NCBI RefSeq assembly: GCF_026210795.1
Contig: NC_089434.1
Location: 1,364,001 to 1,428,000, forward strand
Origin: Rhizophagus irregularis
Taxonomy: Eukaryota
Length of the DNA: 64,000 nucleotides
Direction: 5' to 3'
The notes beneath the pieces are model-generated. The model was not told the origin of the DNA. It did not search any database and saw only the letters and a program-made list of their open reading frames with translations. Below are positions 55,601 to 63,757 of the stretch, one piece after another (position 1 is the stretch's first letter; each line of letters begins with the position of its first letter). The position numbers and the translations under genes were made by a program.

Positions 55601-55823
55601 ATTCTTATTAGCACGTGGTCGCAAAATCACATCTGAGGCAATTCAACCATACAAGGATAAAGTACGACGTATCCATACAGACGGATTTATTTTAAAAGAA
55701 CAGCCAGATAGCCCCGCGCTTTTCACTTGTTCAGAGAATGCAGATACGACTCTAAAGACTTTCAAGTTTGAAACCGCGGGATACTGCCATGTGAAAAATG
55801 CGAACAAGGTTATCTGGACATGA
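52675..55823 (+). CDS. Family-B (protein-primed type) DNA polymerase, interrupted by a hAT insertion
   Basis: Motif A YDATSLYPS (preceded by MMGG), motif B AKRVLNTLWG, motif C IHTDG. Removing 54090-55384 gives an in-frame 617-aa ORF (…KNQGGIA|GRVAKRVLN…). Confidence 0.9.
54090..55376 (-). mobile_element. Internally deleted hAT transposon (1287 bp)
   Basis: 8-bp TSD GGCATAGC at 54082-54089 and 55377-55384; imperfect TIRs TAGGGTTGG and CCATCCCTA; GGTTAATTAACC subterminal repeats; AT-rich against its host. Confidence 0.95.
54269..55084 (-). pseudogene. Truncated hAT transposase (BED zinc finger plus start of the DUF659/catalytic domain)
   Basis: VWKHW...CNYC...H...C BED finger; GVPFSFLEN.Y; LPNRRKLA; SDGWSN (first catalytic Asp); then runs out of frame. 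Confidence 0.88.
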
Positions 55824-55886
55824 TTGCTAGGGATCGGTATGTATATTTTTTACTGACATATCGTGATGGCATAATTGAATAAACCT

Positions 55887-56456
55887 ATGGGATATGTAAT
55901 CTTACGAGATACCCAAATGCAAAACACTGACGGATTAGGTAGACAAGACGACGAAAGTTTCCACGCGTGGGCTAAGCGCATTCAGAATGCTGTGCAATAT
56001 TATGAGACTTGTAGTAGAATAGGTTTTCATAGGCGGCTACCTTATCCAAGGTCTCGTCAAGCTGTATATGCTTATATTGTGCACATTAGGAGAATAGTAT
56101 CACGACTACCAAATAGGTGGTACTGTACCTACTGTAAATCTTTTATTGATCGCGGATGGGGAGCTGACGCTTTCATGGATCAAGCGGTGCGACTACATTT
56201 ATATAGTTGCCCAAAGCATTTTAATTTCGACTATTATACTCATCATGCTGAAATGATCCAGAATGCCTTTAGGAGATATATAGAAAGAAGGAACAATAAA
56301 GCGGCTAGGATAATCCAGAAAGTCGCTATCCCCTGGTTATATAGACCAGGCTCTCCATTGATGCAAAAGGCCGAGCGACGCTTCTACTGTCTTGCAGTAT
56401 CCAAGTGTAAACCCCGAGGTTCATATTTATTTTTTCTCATTCGAATGAACAGGTAA
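55887..56456 (+). CDS. Hypothetical protein with a CxxC...H/C Zn-finger-like segment and IQ-like motifs
   Basis: WYCTYC...HLYSC; MIQNAFRRY and IIQKVAIPWLYRP. Start codon uncertain. Confidence 0.6.
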   Translation: MGYVILRDTQMQNTDGLGRQDDESFHAWAKRIQNAVQYYETCSRIGFHRRLPYPRSRQAVYAYIVHIRRIVSRLPNRWYCTYCKSFIDRGWGADAFMDQAVRLHLYSCPKHFNFDYYTHHAEMIQNAFRRYIERRNNKAARIIQKVAIPWLYRPGSPLMQKAERRFYCLAVSKCKPRGSYLFFLIRMNR

Positions 56457-56492
56457 CTGAAGATTTATATTTTTTACAAAGTACAAAGAATC

Positions 56493-56964
56493 ATGTCAAC
56501 ATATACCGAATTCGCAAGCATTGTTAACAGCACTGACAGCACTAGTGAGGAGGTTATTTACGAGGCATCGCGCATTCAGCCTAATGTTGTCTCTGACGAA
56601 ACTGTCCCCAAGATTATCCGCGCATTAAAAGATACTATAGTAATCGCATTAGTATCTGGGTTTAGCAAAACCAGTTACCTCGTCCAGGACCACGTGAAGT
56701 ATATCAAGCGAATCCAAACGGCAAATTCTCCTGTATCATATGTGAAGTTCGTGGCCAGAAAACTCTTCCCAGATAATGCGGCATATACTGCTAAAATAGC
56801 AAAAATCCGCGAATCATACAAGAATAAACAAGCTCTCCTAGATAAGCTTCGAGGCCCTCTTCGAATTGTATTATAATGCGACTAAGGACTCATCAACCGG
56901 TCCCCCAAAGCGAGCTATTACTAAAAACGAGGCTGAGAAAACCTTAACAGAACTTCTTGCATAA
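56493..56964 (+). CDS. Hypothetical protein (one frameshift near 56845)
   Basis: ORF 56493-56876 continues as FEALFELYYNATKD...TELLA* to 56964 if one base is removed; followed by the element's T-rich motif. Confidence 0.55.
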
Positions 56965-57074
56965 GCGGCTCCTGTGGTCCTACGATTCTGTACGAATTTA
57001 GTCTATATTTTTTATCCATGCTGTAATAGGCATACAGTAATTGAAGATAGCTATAGTATAAGTAACATAACATC

Positions 57075-57479
57075 ATGTTGGACCGATTACCAGTAGAAAT
57101 AGTCGAACGCATTGTCGCAAAGATCCCGGATACTGACCTTATTGCAGCGAGTAAGGTAGATAGAGTGTGGTGGCAGGAAGTTCGTCGAGAGGCATATAAG
57201 AGGTGGAAAAATTATGCCACTACGATCGGGGATGTGTACTGTGAAATCCGAGCTCTCGGAAAGCATTATATAAAGAGGAAAATTGACTGGATAACGTTTG
57301 AAGATGTAAACAACTTCTATAAAAACTGGATAGACCGCCTCACCGAGGATCAGCTTTATATTATGGAGAAAATGCTTAGGAATGGGATGGTCGTGGACCC
57401 CCAAGAGAGGGAAACCATAGAGTATGCATTAAGTGAACAAAGATGGGGAGGCGATCCTTGGGGACTGGGAGTGGTATGA
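57075..57479 (+). CDS. F-box domain protein
   Basis: N-terminal LDRLPVEIVERIVAKIPDTDLIAASKVDRVWW fits the F-box consensus LP.E+...I...L...DL.....V.+.W. Confidence 0.75.
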   Translation: MLDRLPVEIVERIVAKIPDTDLIAASKVDRVWWQEVRREAYKRWKNYATTIGDVYCEIRALGKHYIKRKIDWITFEDVNNFYKNWIDRLTEDQLYIMEKMLRNGMVVDPQERETIEYALSEQRWGGDPWGLGVV

Positions 57480-57975
57480 ATGGACTCAACAGGAGTAAGC
57501 ATTTTGTACTTGACTTTCGTAGGAATTACCCTGCAGAGTCATATTTTTTAGATCCGGCCGGCATTACCGCGTAATCCCGAATTACCGAAAAAGGAAATTT
57601 ATGTTACACAAGGTTCCAAACGCATTTTTACCAAAATCGATTTTTTGTGGAACGGGTATCGCCCAAAAAGGAAATGATCTACGTACCGCATGAAATCACG
57701 TGACACTCTACACATTTGTTCAGGGTATCACGTGACATGAACTCCGTTCACATTTTCTGTAATATAATCCATAGTTTTTCCATGAATGCTTTTTAGGCCA
57801 ATAATCCAATAACTTATTCATCAGGTATCCTCGTGTTTTGCGACAAGGACTGATGACCATGTAACCTCATCATCAGGCATCCTCGCATTTTTTGACAAGG
57901 ACTGATGACGATGTCACTTGGTTATTGTAAATTGAAGATAACAATTAGGTATGTAGACACGTACAGAAAAAAGAC

Positions 57976-58560
57976 ATGTCATACCCTTATATAACTAATC
58001 CTATAACCGGACGTCCAATCCGTGTTGGTGGAGATACCTTTAATCGAATAGTTATGGAATCCCATGATTATATCGATGGAAGGCTTGTCCGTAGACAAAC
58101 CGTACCGCCTCCACCCCAGGAACAACCTGTATATTTAAATACAGATACAGGACGCTATATTCAACACGGTACTAGAACGTATCATAGACTGGTTGAGAGT
58201 GACTACGAGGTAGTTGAGGACTACTACCTTGTTCATTCTGAAGAGGAGGAGCTTATAGAGGAAATCATCAATGAAACACGCTATAATGAGGAAAATCTTG
58301 ATGGCCAGCGGTTAACTTTCAATAATATACAACAAATCAGAGCCGCTATTCAAGCTGACCAAGATGAATATGATGATTTTATCTTACAGCAGAATACGAC
58401 TAACGGGACACCTTCCTCCAGTCCTTCCGGTCGTCCACGAACTTTGGAGGACTATGCCCCGAGACTTGCAGAGCTTAATATTGAGTTGTGTAGGGAATGT
58501 CTCATGCCTGTAAGCCCAAGTGACTTAACGGACAAGTTGTGCAAGGACTGCGCTTCCTAA
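57976..58560 (+). CDS. Hypothetical protein with two NPxTGR-like repeats and a C-terminal CxxC..CxxC finger
   Basis: NPITGRPIRVGGDTFNRI and NTDTGRYIQHGTRTYHRL; LCRECL...LCKDC. Confidence 0.65.
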   Translation: MSYPYITNPITGRPIRVGGDTFNRIVMESHDYIDGRLVRRQTVPPPPQEQPVYLNTDTGRYIQHGTRTYHRLVESDYEVVEDYYLVHSEEEELIEEIINETRYNEENLDGQRLTFNNIQQIRAAIQADQDEYDDFILQQNTTNGTPSSSPSGRPRTLEDYAPRLAELNIELCRECLMPVSPSDLTDKLCKDCAS

Positions 58561-58720
58561 TGGTCAGTCCTCCGGTCCTCCGGTCTTCCGGTCTTTCCAA
58601 CGGTTGATCCCTTAATGCCAGTTATTTTTTTTTATACAAATGACAGGTATTTAAAGATAACAATATATAAAAAAGATTGTGAAGGATACTAAGTGAGCAA
58701 ATAATCAAAGAAAGATAGCC

Positions 58721-59272
58721 ATGTCAACATCAATCGTAATAAACCAGTGTCAGAACTGTGGAGTATTCTCTGCAAAAGCGGCATATAGAGGATTATCCAG
58801 TGTGTTGTATAGACAGATTATAAAGAAGATTGGTGACGAGAGTGAACCTTTACAAGCCTTGGGACTTGCCAGGGATAAGTTGGTCCAGATTATCCGTCGG
58901 GCAAGTAATGCGGATTTTACGCAATTATTCACACAAAGACTAGATATGAAAATTATGGACGGAGATTCATACGAGGATACTAGGAAGTGGCTTCTTGAAC
59001 AGCTTATAGCCATTGGATGTGACAGTGGGGAAATTGCCTTATATCAGTTCTTACGGAATACATACCCGGATGGTATTGACGAACCCTTTACTACATTCTA
59101 TGAGAACTATGTAAATCATGTAAGAAATCCGATGACTAAGAACTTTGCTTCTCGAGCCTTAGGAGCTATTGGATTAAAAGCTAGGATGCTACGGATTGAC
59201 TTCGAAGGACGTAAAAAAAGTGCCATGATTCTTAGGGCTTCTGCGGAAGAACTTCGCGAGATGGGTTGCTAA
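58721..59272 (+). CDS. Hypothetical protein, possible winged-helix DNA-binding C-terminus
   Basis: FTTFYENY...MTKNFASRALGAIGLK resembles the C-terminal domain of the D5-like protein (FYSTYQNW...LSDNKFGMEIK). Confidence 0.55.
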   Translation: MSTSIVINQCQNCGVFSAKAAYRGLSSVLYRQIIKKIGDESEPLQALGLARDKLVQIIRRASNADFTQLFTQRLDMKIMDGDSYEDTRKWLLEQLIAIGCDSGEIALYQFLRNTYPDGIDEPFTTFYENYVNHVRNPMTKNFASRALGAIGLKARMLRIDFEGRKKSAMILRASAEELREMGC

Positions 59273-59285
59273 AGCAGCCAGATTC

Positions 59286-60509
59286 TTACAAAATACTATT
59301 GATCCCTACTCGTAATGCTCGACGGTCCATATGACCCTTAGAAAAGATCTGTAAAAGGACCCCGATGCCTTCTATTAATTTTTTATTATCCAAAGGGTGA
59401 CTAGACTTCAGGACTTCATATCGGGAGAATAACTCCTTTACGGTCTCAGGTTTTGGAATTTCAGTCTTCGTGGTCCTATCCCGTACTTTTGCTAAGAAGT
59501 TTTGGAAGTCTGATCCCAAGGTCTTACCAGATAGTCCGTAGGCTTCCCGAAAGACGTACTTAATCCAGGTATCTGCGTTCTTAGCTATAACACCAGATAC
59601 GAGAAGGTGTTTTCTCTCTTTAGGCGATGGATATTCCCGAGCAAACTCGATTAGCTGGGAGGACTTTTTTGCTTCAGCTACGGCTTTCTGGCCATAGGAA
59701 CTAAACTTTGATCGAACTGGGTTCAAACTCGGATTGAACTTTGATCGAACTGGGTTCAAACTCGGATCGAACGGGGATTGAACTGAGATCGAACTAGGAT
59801 CAAACTGAGATTGATCGGTGATCGAACTGAGACTAGTATCCCATCTAACCCGAATAGATAACGGATCGCTCTTGGATCTTCTAAGATCAAATACTATAAA
59901 TTCGCGTTGTAGAGTAAGGTCATCGATTACTGGAGCTAGTGACTCCGATTCTTCTGTATACTGGCGGATGATCCTCTTAGTATCGGTCAAACTTCCGTGA
60001 CCTCCATGTAGGGAAATATAATTCACATTTTCACGAATAGCCTTGGGAATGGTAAAGAATCTTTGGGCCACATAGATACACAAGATATTTTTGTGACGCC
60101 CGTGTGTAAAAAATCCAGTGATGAGATCCTGGGTTTTTTTAGGCGCATCTATCAAATCCTCGAAGATTACCACAGTAGCCTGGGTGGAGTTGAAGTCCTT
60201 AACATTTGGAATCTCACTATGGGATACTGCGGTAAACGGAATTTCTTCTTCTTTGAAAAAATCACGTACGACTGCCCACTTCGGTTCATTGAGGTATCTG
60301 CCAACTAGAATTACCGCATCACATAATATGTACCTTTCGCCATCCTCCTTTGCCTTCTTGTCTCCCATTAACAAATTAATAATCATAGTTGTCTTACCCG
60401 AGTCAGAACTTCCTGCTACGGCAAGACGGAAAGGCCATGATGGGACAAACTCATTACCCTGTCTCGAGTCGGTCGTGTACTCGTCCAAATTGTATACATA
60501 AAGATCCAT
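59286..60509 (-). CDS. A32-like (FtsK/HerA) DNA packaging ATPase
   Basis: PFRLAVAGSSDSGKT (Walker A), VVIFED (Walker B), GRHKNI (Arg motif), YVAQRFF.IPKAIREN. Confidence 0.9.
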   Translation of the reverse strand: MDLYVYNLDEYTTDSRQGNEFVPSWPFRLAVAGSSDSGKTTMIINLLMGDKKAKEDGERYILCDAVILVGRYLNEPKWAVVRDFFKEEEIPFTAVSHSEIPNVKDFNSTQATVVIFEDLIDAPKKTQDLITGFFTHGRHKNILCIYVAQRFFTIPKAIRENVNYISLHGGHGSLTDTKRIIRQYTEESESLAPVIDDLTLQREFIVFDLRRSKSDPLSIRVRWDTSLSSITDQSQFDPSSISVQSPFDPSLNPVRSKFNPSLNPVRSKFSSYGQKAVAEAKKSSQLIEFAREYPSPKERKHLLVSGVIAKNADTWIKYVFREAYGLSGKTLGSDFQNFLAKVRDRTTKTEIPKPETVKELFSRYEVLKSSHPLDNKKLIEGIGVLLQIFSKGHMDRRALRVGINSIL

Positions 60510-60537
60510 TTGAATTTTATTCTAATTTAGTTTAAAT

Positions 60538-61245
60538 ATGATGTCGACACCAATTGCAATTTATACTCCTTCAGAGCCTACTGGACCGCCTCCTAGGGAT
60601 TTGCGTGATATGAATAATATACCATTAGTTGCGGTAATTAAGGATCTAACAGATTTTTTAACTGTCAGTGATCGCATGGTTGTTAATCGAGATGTACAAA
60701 ATGCAAACCATCGTCTTAAACATGCTCTTAATTTATTAATTCATCACTGTAGAGAAACATACAAAGAACGCGATATATTAAAAGCGGAACGCGATCGATC
60801 TCGAAAAGAACGCGATGAATTACAAGACGAACTCGAGGTTCAAACAGGTTTGTTAGGTCTTACACAAGATGAGCTAAATATCGTACAAGATACTATTACT
60901 GGTTTAGAAGCTAATTTGGCTGAATTGGAACGTGAGTTTGGTGGTATGCGGACGACTAATCGTCGTCTTCAGCAGCAATATAATCTTATGAGAGGAGAAC
61001 GTAATAGAGCTATAGGTGAACGTAATAGAGCTATAGGCGAGCGTGATGTGGCACGAAATCGGCTTGTATATGCCAATAATTGGGTTCTTTTTGGAATTCG
61101 GACATTGGGACGTCTTAGGAATCGACTTTTCCAACAAATAGCCGCTCTGCGTATCCAAGTACAATGGTTTCGGATTAGACAATTGAACTTTCCTCCACCT
61201 CCTCTCAACCATCCACAAAATACGATATGGCTGCCGTTGGTATAG
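60538..61245 (+). CDS. Coiled-coil protein overlapping the Gag-like ORF (possibly its N-terminus)
   Basis: Long heptad region (ERDRSRKERDELQDELE..., GERNRAI repeats) ending in PPPP; overlaps the 61227 ORF by 19 bp. Confidence 0.7.
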   Translation: MMSTPIAIYTPSEPTGPPPRDLRDMNNIPLVAVIKDLTDFLTVSDRMVVNRDVQNANHRLKHALNLLIHHCRETYKERDILKAERDRSRKERDELQDELEVQTGLLGLTQDELNIVQDTITGLEANLAELEREFGGMRTTNRRLQQQYNLMRGERNRAIGERNRAIGERDVARNRLVYANNWVLFGIRTLGRLRNRLFQQIAALRIQVQWFRIRQLNFPPPPLNHPQNTIWLPLV

Positions 61246-62724
61246 CTGCCCCTATATTTCATGGTCGGGAAGATGAAGATCTTAATCTTTTTATTGATAA
61301 CTTTTTAGGGTATATTAATACCGTTGGTATTGATCCATTGGACGATGCCGGTGCGCCTCCGGGTCGGGTGCGAGCGATGGGGGTTCTTCGTAGCTGTATG
61401 AGAGATGAAGCGGCGAGGTGGTTTGATGCAGAACTTACTGGAAAAAATTGGGAACTCTCGAATATTCGGTTAGTGGCTACTGCAAATGGTGGAGCCGGTG
61501 CTACTCGCCGAGCGTTCAGAGCTTTAGCTGTTCCTGAGGTTGCTAATGGATTACATGTTGGTACTTACTTACCCGGGTCTGATGCTGATGTATATTCAAG
61601 GGTTGCAGGTAATGCGGCGGTAACCGTTGGAGATGCATTTTTCCCATCACGCGCTGATATCGTTAGAACGAATTTTAAAGTTGAAGAGCAGTGGAGGCGT
61701 GCGGGCGGACGTCCTACTCATCAACCCGTTAATGGGTTGGGAAATCATGGAGGTCCATTTAATGCTGCTGTCCAGAATCAACCAATAGTCTTACAGGGGA
61801 TTCTCCTGGATCAAGCATTTATGCATATGCGTACAAATTTTCCAACCGTCGTGGAAGAAAGACTTCAGATACGATTTAGTAATCTTTACCAGGAACAAGG
61901 TGAACCTGTTCGATCTTACTATAAGCGAGTTGAGAGGGCTGGGGATATTGTAGGATATAATCGAATTATGGTTACTGACCAGTTCTATAGAGGACTTTTG
62001 CCAGAAAACGTTATTGAAGCTTCCAGAATCGGGGCGGCGCCTCTTAATATATTAATCGATAGATTGAGTGATCTTGAGCGACGAAAGGGTGAAATGTTCT
62101 ATGGATTACAAAGGCGCCAGGGTATTGAAAAGGCTAAAAAAGAGGAATTGGCTGGCTATACTCATCCCGTGACTCCACACGAAGGTGCTGTAATACAAAG
62201 GTTGACAGACGTTATTACTCAAGAACGATTACAAGAATTGCTTAAGGCGCAGGCCGAGGAACTTACCAAGAATTTCCAGGCACAATTTAAACAATTACAA
62301 GTATCTAAGCCAGTTCGTAAACTACCGGTCTATAGACAACAGATTAAACCTGTTCGACCAAAACCACAGAGACGCGTTGTTCAGGATCATCAGGATTCCT
62401 GATTGGGATGATGGTTATGTAGATCATGATGTTGGTGATGACCCTGATGCTCCTGAATGGACTAGTGAAGATGATCAACATGTTATTGATCTTATTATGG
62501 GATATGAGACATCTAAAAGATTTCCAAAGCGACTTCAGAAGGCTAAAGATAGACGCGATGATCTGGAATTAGCCCGAGCAATGAGAAACCTCGATCTTAA
62601 TGATGATGCTATGGATATTGATACTAATACCGCGAGTTTTGATGACTTGAAAATTGTTCCCGATGAGGAAGGTGGTTTTCGGATTTGTGCGGTTCGAAGT
62701 ACAAAAAAAAGTAAACTCGCATAA
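61227..62724 (+). CDS. Ty3/Gypsy Gag capsid-like protein (frameshift near 62395)
   Basis: PIFHGREDEDLNLFIDNF; LRSCMRDEAARWF; MHR-like LYQEQGEPVRSYYKRV; DQFYRGL; continues in ORF 62377-62724 with a DAMDID linker; no CCHC knuckle. Confidence 0.8.
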
Positions 62725-63433
62725 GGGTGTAAGTATCTCGAAACTTCTTAAATCTGTTCCAAAAAAATCAGTTAAAATGACTCCTATTAAGATTCCTGCG
62801 AAGGTTACTAGTAGTAAGCCCACACTTATAAAAGCCGTCACCAAAAATGATTCATTAAGTTTATTAAGGTCTGCAGATTTTAGAAAATTACTCCGCGAGA
62901 TTCTTCGGGAAGAATTAAAGTCTGCTCGTAAAAGTACGGAGATTCCGGAAGACCTAGTTGAGGAAAAACAAGAAGAGGATATCAGGGAAGATGACCCGAT
63001 GGATATTGACATAGCTCGTTTGGAGAATACTAAAGATCTTTTAGCGCTGGATGGGGAGGTCAATGGGATAGCAATTCAGTGTTTAGCAGACACTTGTGCT
63101 AACGCGTCTTTTATTCAGAGGGAAGCCGCTGAAGAATTAGGGTTGGATATCGACAAGAGTATTACACATAACATATCCGGCGCTCCGGGTTCTGGTAGGA
63201 CATTTGGCATGGTAAAAGGTGTGTCAATCAAACTAACCCCTGATTGTGTAATCACTGAGAATCTCGCGGTTTTAAGCGATTACAAGCATAGGGAGATTGG
63301 ATTGAGCCGGACGTGTCTGAAACGTTACAATTATGATGTCCATGAATCACGTGAACATATTGCCCTTACTTGTAATGAGAAGAATGTTTTTATTCCGATA
63401 GTTTCTGACGTGAATCGAGGAGACAAAAAATAG
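62702..63433 (+). CDS. Retropepsin-like aspartic protease, probably reached by ribosomal frameshift
   Basis: DPMDID linker; VNGIAIQCLADTCANASFIQREAAEELGL (variant of the D-T-G-A active site); ISGAPG flap; IGLSRTCL (ILG.. equivalent); ends with a stop, no RT follows. Confidence 0.85.
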   Translation, partial: QKKVNSHKGVSISKLLKSVPKKSVKMTPIKIPAKVTSSKPTLIKAVTKNDSLSLLRSADFRKLLREILREELKSARKSTEIPEDLVEEKQEEDIREDDPMDIDIARLENTKDLLALDGEVNGIAIQCLADTCANASFIQREAAEELGLDIDKSITHNISGAPGSGRTFGMVKGVSIKLTPDCVITENLAVLSDYKHREIGLSRTCLKRYNYDVHESREHIALTCNEKNVFIPIVSDVNRGDKK

Positions 63434-63447
63434 GGAATATTTATTTT

Positions 63448-63757
63448 TTATTCCCAAAACTTGCGGATTAAGGCAGGGACATCCTCCTCCAACCGGTCAG
63501 CGGGTTCCCAAGTGGCTTCGGTATCTGGGTATCGTTCCCACTTGACTAGATACTGGTCTTGACCCTTCCTGATGCGATGCCGGAGTATCCGCTCAGGTAC
63601 AAATCTTTCGGGTTGCCCTCTTATCACGGAGTCAGGTGGGGGATGTTCATTTTCTGGAACAATCTGCAACTCTTTTCGGGTGTACGCACATCTGGATACA
63701 CCTAGACGCCCGTGTGGTCCATCAAGAAGATACGTAGGAGGCTGTTCGGGTGAGAGG
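63448..63757 (-). CDS. C-terminal part of a Polinton-type integrase with chromodomain, interrupted at 63758
   Basis: Open frame from the insertion junction: PEQPPTYLLDGPHGRLGVSRCAYTRKELQIVP, then chromodomain FVPERILRHRIRKGQDQYLVKWERYPDTEATWEP. The catalytic core is not in the window. Confidence 0.72.

Larger units (their letters stand above)
49592..63757. mobile_element. Polinton/Maverick-like element (left terminus to the interrupted integrase; right part outside the window)
   Basis: Abrupt rise in GC; AGTCGTCG terminus; intronless, tightly packed ORFs for SF3 helicase, PolB, A32-like ATPase and an integrase C-terminus with chromodomain. Confidence 0.88.

Noticed and set aside
57819..57907. 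Mini CRISPR-like array
   Set aside because: Only two units with a 15-bp gap, no cas genes, eukaryotic context.
60538..63757. Ordinary chromovirus (Gypsy) gag-pol insertion
   Set aside because: The protease ends in a stop with no RT/RNase H; the chromodomain is on the opposite strand; no LTR, PBS or TSD is visible; there is only a 28-bp gap to the ATPase. It remains the formal alternative to test.
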